Origin: Pseudomonas sp.
Lineage (GTDB): Bacteria; Pseudomonadota; Gammaproteobacteria; Pseudomonadales; Pseudomonadaceae
Assembly: GCF_046581935.1 (NCBI RefSeq)
Contig: NZ_JAYGFK010000022.1
Coordinates: forward strand, 2,540 to 66,539
DNA: 64,000 bases
Direction of reading: 5' to 3'
Shown in pieces: positions 8,976 through 17,131 of the stretch. The notes beneath the pieces were generated by a model. The model saw only the letters and a list, made by a program, of their open reading frames with translations. It searched no databases and was not told where the DNA came from. Both the position numbers and the translations under genes were made by a program. How positions within the stretch are numbered: the first letter of the stretch is position 1; every line of letters begins with the position of its first letter.

Positions 8976-11297
8976 ATGCATCGTCATATGCTGTTGTTGC
9001 TCGCGCTGCTGAGTCCCCTGGGGCAAGCCATGCAGGTGCTGGATGATCAGGCGTTGTCGGCGGTTAGCGGGCGCGATGGCATTAGCTTGCAAACCACGGG
9101 TGGCGGCTGGTCGGCAGGTAGCATCGATTACCGTCAGGATGACCAGACCCTCAGCCTGAAAGGCGTCAGCAGCACGCCACAAACGGCCGGCAGCAGCTCG
9201 ACCACCACGCTTGATGTGGTTGGCAATCAGCTACAGATCGAGCACAGCGGCCGCGCGCAGGTGCTGAGCGTCGACAGTATTGAACTGGCTGGCAGCAGCA
9301 ATAGCTTCGGTTCGTTTCGCGCCTTCTTCACCTTGGGTGCCAGCCTTAAACTGAGTGGCGGCGGGGCCAGTGGTGTCAGTGGTTTTAGCGTGGATGACAG
9401 CCAGCTATCGCTGAGTGCAGCGACCTTTTATTACCGCGATAACGGCTTTGATCTGATCGTCAAAGGCCTGTCGTTCGATACCTACCTGAACAACGCTTAT
9501 ATCGACATCGTCAGTGGTGGTAACGGCCAGGAGGTCAAACTGGATCTGGGCTCGTCGCGCTTTGTCGGCTCGATTGACGCTATTGGTCTTGATCTGGCCC
9601 ATGGCGACCCGACACCGGGCGTGGCAGTTACCCCAGACAGCCCCGACTTGCGTGATGTTGATGCACAGCGCAGTTTTGGCAAGCTGAATATGGACCTGCG
9701 TTTGGGCGGCAGTATCAGCATTGCCGGTGGCGGTGCCAGCGGTGAGGGGTTGCGGATCAAGCCCAACATCACCATCACCAATAGCTTGTTTCAGTATCAG
9801 GACGAAGGTGTGCTGCGCGCGGAAAACTTTGCCGGCAGCCTGATCAGTAATTCGGGCCTGACCCTTGACCTGGAGCATGACTCTCTTGGCAGCTACGCCA
9901 AGGTGGCCTTTCAAGACCTCAAGTTCAACGCCACCCTGGGTGGTTTGATCATGGGTAACCCGAGCAATCAAAAACTCGGTGCTCTGGCCGTAGATTTGAA
10001 TTTCGTCGATCAGGGTTCGTGGCAAAACTGGTTGAAACTACGTCCGGGTGGCGATCCCAACTCCGGGCAGAAGGGCATCAGCGGCGAGCTTAGTTGGAAT
10101 ATGGTCGACAGCTCGCTGGCCCTGACCGATAACGGCAATAGCCTGTGGTTCAGCGGTTTGCGTACGCACGGCACTGGCCAGTTCAGTTTCGACTTGACCA
10201 AGAGTTGCGCGGCCGGCGTCAGCAACGGTTGCTATGCCGGAACCAATAGCGACATGAACAGTGGTGGCTATAACGGTCACTTTGATGGCCTTCGCCTGGG
10301 CCTGAAGAATGTTGTTGGCAGCTACAGTTTTGACGGTCTGCGCGTTGGCACGGCTGATGCGCCGCTGCAAGGTGGCACCGAGTTGTTAGTGCTGATGGAA
10401 ATCTTCCCGGCTTATGACTTCACCCTTAATGGCCAGATCACCTTGCGTCCCGGTGGCGCAGTGGGGGACGGCCTGCGTTACAACGCCGACTTCTACATCA
10501 GCGAGGCCAATGCGGCGATTACCGTGGATGAAAACGGCAGGGGGCTGTGGCTATCGGGCAGCAGCTATGACATGCACTACCGCGATGGCTCGCTGGATAT
10601 CAGCAACAACGGTATTGAACTGCGTAAAGGCACGTACTGGTCGAAGCTGGATGTTTCGGATGTGCGCTGGGGTGATCGGCTCACCGGTAGCAGTATTGGC
10701 CGGCTGGTGCTCAAGCGTTATGAGCAGGGTTCGACACTGGCGCTCAGCTCCGGTGGTGCCGGTGCGCTGTGCGTGGGCGGCAGTGGCAGCACATCCGGTG
10801 CTTGTGCGAGCAATGGTGGGCGCTGGGAGGATCGCGGTAATGAAGGGCTTTCGGTCAAGCTGAAGAATGTCTTCGTACATGATGAAAGCGGCAACCCGGC
10901 CCATACTGTTTCAACCAACGAGAAGCGTAACCAACTCATCATCGAGACCGAGCGGGTAAACGGCGTAAATGGTACGGGCAGCCAACTGGTGGTGGATAAC
11001 TTCTCCACCTCTGATGGCGATCCGAATAACCCCAATGCCAACACCTATGGCTTTAACGCCGACCTCAGTCTGGATGTGGCACCCACCAAGGTGTGCACCA
11101 AAACAGCATCTGGCTGCACTGCGATCAGTCCCGATCCGCTGGGCTTTGCGGTAAGTGGTCGGGTGCACTTCAAAGAAGTGAATATCGACCGGATTCAACA
11201 TGTACATCCTGACGGCGGTGCAGTCACCTCTATGTATGGGGTCAAGCTGCAGAACGCCGACATCCGCGCCAACCTGACGGCGACGCCGATCAACTAA
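8976..11297 (+). CDS. Large secreted DUF6160-family repeat protein 4 (773 aa)
   Basis: GAGGAG RBS. Signal ending LGQA, then MQVLDDQALSAVSGRDGI. About five internal repeats; ends ANLTATPIN. Confidence 0.8.
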   Translation: MHRHMLLLLALLSPLGQAMQVLDDQALSAVSGRDGISLQTTGGGWSAGSIDYRQDDQTLSLKGVSSTPQTAGSSSTTTLDVVGNQLQIEHSGRAQVLSVDSIELAGSSNSFGSFRAFFTLGASLKLSGGGASGVSGFSVDDSQLSLSAATFYYRDNGFDLIVKGLSFDTYLNNAYIDIVSGGNGQEVKLDLGSSRFVGSIDAIGLDLAHGDPTPGVAVTPDSPDLRDVDAQRSFGKLNMDLRLGGSISIAGGGASGEGLRIKPNITITNSLFQYQDEGVLRAENFAGSLISNSGLTLDLEHDSLGSYAKVAFQDLKFNATLGGLIMGNPSNQKLGALAVDLNFVDQGSWQNWLKLRPGGDPNSGQKGISGELSWNMVDSSLALTDNGNSLWFSGLRTHGTGQFSFDLTKSCAAGVSNGCYAGTNSDMNSGGYNGHFDGLRLGLKNVVGSYSFDGLRVGTADAPLQGGTELLVLMEIFPAYDFTLNGQITLRPGGAVGDGLRYNADFYISEANAAITVDENGRGLWLSGSSYDMHYRDGSLDISNNGIELRKGTYWSKLDVSDVRWGDRLTGSSIGRLVLKRYEQGSTLALSSGGAGALCVGGSGSTSGACASNGGRWEDRGNEGLSVKLKNVFVHDESGNPAHTVSTNEKRNQLIIETERVNGVNGTGSQLVVDNFSTSDGDPNNPNANTYGFNADLSLDVAPTKVCTKTASGCTAISPDPLGFAVSGRVHFKEVNIDRIQHVHPDGGAVTSMYGVKLQNADIRANLTATPIN

Positions 11298-11535
11298 CCG
11301 TCATGCCGTTGTAACGCCTCTGCGCCATTCTGTCGGTGGCCTTGCTGGGCTGCTGGTGAGCTGCTGCCATGTGTTGGAGCCTCACCAGTGGTCACTGAAC
11401 CGACGAAATATCCCCCTTGCTCTTTCGATATGCGCCGGTTGTCGGCACAATTCGCCTCCACTTTTCGGGGAGGGGTCAGCACAGCTGATTGCCTGCCGGC
11501 CGACCTTGTATAGCACTCAGGGCATAGACACGCAG

Positions 11536-12633
11536 ATGATAAAGACGCCGTACTACCTCATCGACAAGCAAAAGCTGCTGGGTAACCTGGAGAAGATCGC
11601 CTATGTGCGCGAACACTCCGGAGCCAAGGCACTGCTGGCGCTCAAGTGCTTTGCCACTTGGTCGGTCTTCGACCTTATGCAGCAGTACATGGATGGCACC
11701 ACCTCCAGCTCGCTGTATGAACTCAAGCTGGGTCGCCAGAAGTTTGCCGGCGAGACCCATGCCTACAGCGTGGCCTGGGCCGACGACGAGATTGAAGAGA
11801 TGGTCGCCAACTGCGACAAAATCATCTTCAACTCCATCGGCCAGCTTGAGCGCTTTGCCGCTGGCACAGAAGGCACCACTCGCGGCCTGCGGGTTAATCC
11901 GCAGGTGAGCAGCTCTGATTATCTGCTGGCCGATCCGGCGCGACCCTTTAGCCGTCTTGGCGAATGGGACCCGGAAAAGATCGCTACGGTGATGGATAAG
12001 ATCAGCGGCTTTATGTTCCACAACAACTGTGAGAACAACAGCTTTGAGTTGTTTGACCAGATGCTCAGCACCATCGAAGAGCGCTTCGGTCATCTGCTTG
12101 AGCAGGTTGAGTGGGTCAGCCTCGGTGGCGGCATTCACTTCACCGGCGACGACTATCCGCTGGATCAATTCTGCGCGCGGCTCAAGGCCTTCTCCGAACG
12201 CTTCGGCGTGCAGGTTTATCTGGAACCGGGCGAAGCGGCAATCACCATGAGTTCCTCGCTGGAAGTCACGGTGCTCGACACCCTCTATAACGGCAAAAAT
12301 TTGGCCGTAGTCGACAGCTCCATCGAAGCGCACATGCTCGATCTGCTGATCTACCGGCTCAACGCCAAGATGGAACCCTGCAGCGGCGAGTACAGCTACA
12401 TGGTGTGCGGCAAGTCGTGCCTGGCGGGTGACATCTTCGGTGAGTACCAATTCGATCGTCCGCTGGCCATCGGCGATCGTCTGTCGTTTATCGACGCAGC
12501 GGGTTACACCATGGTCAAGAAAAACTGGTTCAACGGCCTGAAAATGCCGTCCATTGTGGTGAAGCAGCTCGACGGCAGCGTCGAAGTGGTTCGCGAGTTT
12601 GAGTTTAACGACTACCTGTCCAGCCTCTCGTAG
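11536..12633 (+). CDS. nspC: Carboxynorspermidine/carboxyspermidine decarboxylase
   Basis: MIKTPYYLIDK, ALLALKCF (PLP lysine), SLGGG, YLEPGEA, SCLAGD motifs. Confidence 0.92.
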   Translation: MIKTPYYLIDKQKLLGNLEKIAYVREHSGAKALLALKCFATWSVFDLMQQYMDGTTSSSLYELKLGRQKFAGETHAYSVAWADDEIEEMVANCDKIIFNSIGQLERFAAGTEGTTRGLRVNPQVSSSDYLLADPARPFSRLGEWDPEKIATVMDKISGFMFHNNCENNSFELFDQMLSTIEERFGHLLEQVEWVSLGGGIHFTGDDYPLDQFCARLKAFSERFGVQVYLEPGEAAITMSSSLEVTVLDTLYNGKNLAVVDSSIEAHMLDLLIYRLNAKMEPCSGEYSYMVCGKSCLAGDIFGEYQFDRPLAIGDRLSFIDAAGYTMVKKNWFNGLKMPSIVVKQLDGSVEVVREFEFNDYLSSLS

Positions 12634-12658
12634 GCGGCACAAAGGAGAGATAAAGAAA

Positions 12659-13903
12659 TTGAAGAAGAATGTTCTGATCATTGGTGCAGGAGGTGTCGCC
12701 AAGGTGGTGGCCCACAAGTGCGCGCAGCACAACGACGAACTCGGTCGGATTGCTATCGCGTCGCGCAACATCTCCAAATGCCAGGCCATCATCGACAGCG
12801 TAAAGGCCAAAGGCAGCTTGAAGCAGCCAGCCGAAATTCAGGCGTATGCCCTCAATGCGCTGGATATTGAAGCAACCAAAGCACTGATCCGCGAAACCGA
12901 ATCGCAGATCGTCATCAACGTGGGTTCGGCCTTCCTTAATATGTCGGTGCTACGCGCCTGCATAGACACAGGTGTCGCCTACCTTGATACCGCCATTCAC
13001 GAAGAACCGGGCAAGGTCTGCGAAACGCCACCTTGGTACGGTAACTATGAATGGAAGCACCTGGCTGAATGCCAGGAGAAGGGCGTGACTGCCATCCTTG
13101 GTGTCGGCTTCGACCCAGGCGTGGTCAATGCCTATGCTGCCCTGGCGCAGCAGCAGTACTTCGACAGCATCGAGTCGATCGACATCCTCGACGTCAACGC
13201 CGGTTCGCACGGCAAGTACTTCGCCACCAATTTCGATCCGGAAATCAATTTCCGTGAATTTACCGGCCAAGTCTGGAGCTGGCAGAACAGTCAGTGGACC
13301 AGCAACACAATGTTTGAAGTCAAACGTACTGATGACTTGCCGGTAGTCGGTGAACAGAATCTTTACCTGACCGGGCATGACGAAGTGCATTCCCTGTCCA
13401 AGCACCTGAACGTGCCCAACGTGCGTTTCTGGATGAGCTTCGGTGAGCACTACATCAATGTGTTTACCGTGTTGAAAAATCTTGGCCTGCTCTCCGAACA
13501 GCCGGTAAAAACCGCTGAAGGCCTGGAAGTGGTGCCGCTGAAAGTGGTCAAGGCCGTGCTGCCGGACCCAGCCTCGCTGGCGCCGGGTTACAGCGGCAAG
13601 ACCTGCATCGGTGATCTGGTCAAAGGCACTAAGGACGGCAAGCCGGCTGAGGTGTTTATCTACAACGTCGCTGACCACAAAGACGCCTATGTCGAGACCG
13701 ACAGCCAGGGCATTTCCTACACCGCAGGTGTGCCGCCGGTAGCCGCTGCGCTGCTGGTTGCCCGTGGTGACTGGGACGTGGCGCGCATGGCCAACGTTGA
13801 ACAGCTGCCGGCCGAGCCGTTCCTCAAGCTGCTCGATGTAATGGGCCTGCCGACTCGAATCAAAGACAAGGACGGTGATCGTCCCTGGGATCAGGCGCTG
13901 TAA
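12659..13903 (+). CDS. Carboxynorspermidine/carboxyspermidine dehydrogenase (saccharopine dehydrogenase family)
   Basis: TTG start after AAAGGAG. KKNVLIIGAGGVA Rossmann motif; GVGFDPGV, ATNFDPEIN and ISYTAGVP motifs; adjacent to nspC. Confidence 0.9.
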   Translation: MKKNVLIIGAGGVAKVVAHKCAQHNDELGRIAIASRNISKCQAIIDSVKAKGSLKQPAEIQAYALNALDIEATKALIRETESQIVINVGSAFLNMSVLRACIDTGVAYLDTAIHEEPGKVCETPPWYGNYEWKHLAECQEKGVTAILGVGFDPGVVNAYAALAQQQYFDSIESIDILDVNAGSHGKYFATNFDPEINFREFTGQVWSWQNSQWTSNTMFEVKRTDDLPVVGEQNLYLTGHDEVHSLSKHLNVPNVRFWMSFGEHYINVFTVLKNLGLLSEQPVKTAEGLEVVPLKVVKAVLPDPASLAPGYSGKTCIGDLVKGTKDGKPAEVFIYNVADHKDAYVETDSQGISYTAGVPPVAAALLVARGDWDVARMANVEQLPAEPFLKLLDVMGLPTRIKDKDGDRPWDQAL

Positions 13904-13919
13904 GCCAGACCCGCTAAAC

Positions 13920-13948
13920 AAAAAGGATCGCCTCGGCGATCTTTTTTG
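13920..13948. terminator. Bidirectional intrinsic terminator
   Basis: aaaaaGGATCGCC-tc-GGCGATCtttttt between convergent genes. Confidence 0.8.
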
Positions 13949-13993
13949 CTTTTTAGCCCCGCAGGTGGGCGAGCTTATATTGCGCTTGGCGAT

Positions 13994-15301
13994 TTAGACG
14001 GTCACTACACCGAGCAACACCGCCGAGGCCAGCATCACCAGGCTAATCCCCCAGGCCCAGAGCAGGGTGTAGCGGATGTGCTTGTATAACTCGACGCCGG
14101 CCAGGCCGATTGCCAGGTAAACGCTGGGCACCACCGGGCTGATGCCAAAGCCAGTGTTTTCGCCGATCAGCATGGCAGTGGCGACGGCGTCCTGGGTGAC
14201 CCCTGCCGCCACGGCAACATCGCGGATTACCGGCAGCAGGGCGAAGTAATAGGCGTCAGGCGAGAAGAGCATGCCCAGCGGTACGCCGAATGCACCGATG
14301 ATCACGTGTAACCAATTGGCAGAGCCTTCGGGCAGCACATTGATCATCCAGTGAGCCATGCCGTTGGACATTCCCGCACCGGCCAGCACGCCGAGTAAAA
14401 CCCCCGCAGCGAGCATCACCAGTGCCATCTGCATGGCATCGCTGGCATGGCGCAGCACCGCTTTGTTCTGTTCCTCCAAGCTCGGGTAGTTGAGCAGCAA
14501 GGCAATGCCCAGGCCGACCATAAAGCAGGCGAACAGAGGGAACACGCCCGTAAACAGGCAGGCCAGAATCGCCAGGGTCAGTGCCAGGTTGGCCCAATAA
14601 CGCCAGGTGCTCGGCGCAAGCATTTGCGAGCTGTCGACCTGTGGGCTAGGGGCGGCGGTGTCGCTCTCGATGGTTTGGCCAGTGCTGACGCCGCTGCGCT
14701 GGGCTTGCAGGCCGAGATAAACGGCCAATGCCAAAACTAACGCCAAGCCGATGGCTTGGATCGGGATCAGGGCGATCCACAGTTGCGCGGCTTCGATGCC
14801 GGTAACGGCGGCGGCACGCGCCGTAGTGCCGCCCCAGGGGACCATGCTCATCACCCCGGCGCTTAGCACAACCAGGCACAGCAACATCTCGCGCTTCATG
14901 CCCAGGCGCAGGTACAGCGGTAGCAGGGCAGGGATCACCAGTAGAAACGTGGCCGCACCAATACCGTCGAGGTGCGTGACTGCAGTAGCTGCCACGGTGA
15001 CGATGGCCACCGACAACGGCTTACCCTTGGTGCTTTTGAGTAGAAAGTTAACTAGCGGGTCAAACAGGCCACGCTCGCGCATCACGCCGAAGTAGAGAAT
15101 GGCGAAGATGAACAGCGTGGCGGTTGGTGCTACCGATTTCAGGCCTTCGGTGATGAATTTGCCAATTTCACCAGGGGCGAAGCCAGCCATGGCGCAGGCG
15201 ATTACAGGCAGGGTGACGAAGGCCACCAATGGGCTGATGCGGCGCATCAGAATCAGGGTGACGATGGTGAACATCAGGGTGAAGCCAAGGGCGGTGATCA
15301 T
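13994..15301 (-). CDS. CitMHS-family carboxylate transporter
   Basis: 435 aa, highly hydrophobic. FIFAILYFGVM, HLDGIGAATF and NMVPWGG-like (SMVPWGGT) motifs. Confidence 0.85.
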   Translation of the reverse strand: MITALGFTLMFTIVTLILMRRISPLVAFVTLPVIACAMAGFAPGEIGKFITEGLKSVAPTATLFIFAILYFGVMRERGLFDPLVNFLLKSTKGKPLSVAIVTVAATAVTHLDGIGAATFLLVIPALLPLYLRLGMKREMLLCLVVLSAGVMSMVPWGGTTARAAAVTGIEAAQLWIALIPIQAIGLALVLALAVYLGLQAQRSGVSTGQTIESDTAAPSPQVDSSQMLAPSTWRYWANLALTLAILACLFTGVFPLFACFMVGLGIALLLNYPSLEEQNKAVLRHASDAMQMALVMLAAGVLLGVLAGAGMSNGMAHWMINVLPEGSANWLHVIIGAFGVPLGMLFSPDAYYFALLPVIRDVAVAAGVTQDAVATAMLIGENTGFGISPVVPSVYLAIGLAGVELYKHIRYTLLWAWGISLVMLASAVLLGVVTV

Positions 15302-15352
15302 GACGATCTCTCCGGTTTTATTATTGTTGGAGTCGTGGGGCGAAGCGGGGCG

Positions 15353-15673
15353 TTATGAGGGAGCTGGCAGCCTCAGGTCGAGCAAGACATAGCTGAGGCT
15401 CTTGCCGTGGCGGTCGATGCCGGGGCTGGCGTTGACCCCGCCTTCCAGGGCGTTTTCCACCACAAAGTTGAGGCCGCCCAGGTTCGGCAGCTCATAGCGA
15501 TGCACGGCACCGATGCGGCGATGCGCCAGGCACTGGGCCACGCGTTCGCTGGTCAGCATTTGGGCCAGCCAGTTGTAGTGCTCCGGGGCGTAGGCAAACA
15601 CCGCGACGCTTAGGGTATTGCCCTTGTCACCCGCACGGGCGTGGGCGTAATCGCACAGCAACACATCCGTCAT
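15353..15673 (-). CDS. AtuA-related small protein (C-terminal AtuA-like domain)
   Basis: AHARAGDKGN and DRHGKSLS motifs. ATG overlaps the upstream TAA (TAATG). Confidence 0.8.
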   Translation of the reverse strand: MTDVLLCDYAHARAGDKGNTLSVAVFAYAPEHYNWLAQMLTSERVAQCLAHRRIGAVHRYELPNLGGLNFVVENALEGGVNASPGIDRHGKSLSYVLLDLRLPAPS

Positions 15674-17022
15674 TAGAACCACTCCACATGTTGTTGTACG
15701 GCGCTGCGTTCAATCAGAAAGCTCGCCGTGGCCAAGGACTCGCTCAGGTGCCGGCGTACGCCGCCACCGCCTGCCGGGCCATTGGTGTAGAGCGATTCGG
15801 CATCGAGTAGCAGCCTTTCCAGCAGGGTTTTGTCGCGGTCGAGAAAGCTGATGCGCAGGCGCACATCTTGGGGGTCTACCGCCTGGGCCAAGCGTTGCTC
15901 CAGCCATTGGCCGTGGGCGTCGTTGAACAGGCTGGCCACGCCGATCAGGTCGATCCACGGCGTCAGTTGCGGAGCCATGCGTGCGCAGCGCTGCAAAAGA
16001 ATCTCGCGGGCCAGCGCGGCACGTGCCAGGGCGCCGGGCCCGGCATAGGAAATTTCGGCTTCGGCAAACCATTGGCCGCGTAAGCCAATCAGCGCCTTGA
16101 GGTGCGTTGGTTGCGGATGGCCGCGCACGCCCTCGACGCGTACCAGATCGACGCCGACCTGCTGAACTCGCGCCTGGCTCAGGTCCAAGGTTACGTCCGG
16201 GGTCAGGTAGGCCGCTGGGTCATGCACTTCGTACAACAGCTGTTCCTTGACCGTCTGCTCGGTGACGCAGCCACCGGTGCCCGCGGCCTTACCAATGGTG
16301 ATGCGGCCATCGGCTTCGATACTGGCGATTGGGCAGCCGACATTGGCCAGGTCCGGTACGTCCTTCAGGCCCGGGTGGGCGAAGTAACCGCCACTGACCT
16401 GGGTGCAGCATTCAAGTAAGTGCCCAACTACCGTGGCCAGGGCGATGCGGTCCCAGTCATCGGCTTGCCAACCGAAGGCATGACGCAGCGGGCCGACTGC
16501 CAGGCAGGGATCGGCGACACGGCCACAAAGGACAATATCGGCACCTTCATCGAGCGCCTGCACGATGCCGTCGGCGCCGGTGTAAACGTTGACTGATACC
16601 ACCTCACCGTCGAGCGTGGTCGGCAGCCAGCGCTGCAGGGTTTCGTCGGCACCGAGCAAGTCGTCACCCAGTACACAGGCAATCCGCGCAGAGGCGTGGC
16701 GGCTGCCGTGCAATTGCCCGCGCAAACGTCGCGCGGCTGCGCTTGGGTTCGCTGCGCCACCATTGGTGATGATCGGGATGCCGGCATCCAGGCAGGTTTC
16801 CAGCACTGGCTCGATAAAATCGAACAGGCGCGTGGCATAGCCGCTGTCGGCGTCTGTCAGGCGGCGCAACTGCGCTTCGGCCAGGGTGCGTTCGGCGAGC
16901 AGCTCGAAAAACAAAAAGCGTCGACCGTCGCGGCTAGCCAGGTCGCGGGCTAGGGCCAGGGCGGCATCGGGACGGTCATTGGCAAAACCTGCGCCACAGC
17001 CGATATGAACAGTTGTTGTCAT
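15673..17022 (-). CDS. AtuA-family (DUF1446) protein
   Basis: IGCGAGFANDRP, ECLAERT-like ELLAERT, GHLLECCTQVSGG and EQLLYEVHDPAAYLTPDV motifs. Confidence 0.88.
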   Translation of the reverse strand: MTTTVHIGCGAGFANDRPDAALALARDLASRDGRRFLFFELLAERTLAEAQLRRLTDADSGYATRLFDFIEPVLETCLDAGIPIITNGGAANPSAAARRLRGQLHGSRHASARIACVLGDDLLGADETLQRWLPTTLDGEVVSVNVYTGADGIVQALDEGADIVLCGRVADPCLAVGPLRHAFGWQADDWDRIALATVVGHLLECCTQVSGGYFAHPGLKDVPDLANVGCPIASIEADGRITIGKAAGTGGCVTEQTVKEQLLYEVHDPAAYLTPDVTLDLSQARVQQVGVDLVRVEGVRGHPQPTHLKALIGLRGQWFAEAEISYAGPGALARAALAREILLQRCARMAPQLTPWIDLIGVASLFNDAHGQWLEQRLAQAVDPQDVRLRISFLDRDKTLLERLLLDAESLYTNGPAGGGGVRRHLSESLATASFLIERSAVQQHVEWF

Positions 17023-17094
17023 TGTTGATCCAGTAATCGGTCAGGATGGCCACAGCCTGCCGGGTCTGGATTTAGTTGTGAATTCGAAATGTGG

Positions 17095-17106
17095 TATCAA
17101 TTGATA
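17095..17106. promoter_or_regulatory. Perfect palindrome in the atuA/LysR divergent promoter, candidate LysR operator
   Basis: TATCAATTGATA within an AT-rich intergenic stretch. Confidence 0.45.
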
Positions 17107-17131
17107 AACATATTTTATAAAAGCCGATTTT

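Noticed and set aside
6265-11297. Curli/Fap amyloid, RTX or autotransporter identity for the secreted quartet
   Set aside because: No Fap or Csg Q/N repeat units, no GGxGxD nonapeptides and no C-terminal aromatic beta-barrel signature.
11476-12810. 444-aa antisense ORF, and similar long shadow ORFs (1217-1870, 12950-13921, 39055-40011, 58072-59136, 62845-63666)
   Set aside because: They lie opposite well-conserved genes in high-GC DNA with biased codon usage and have no recognisable motifs.
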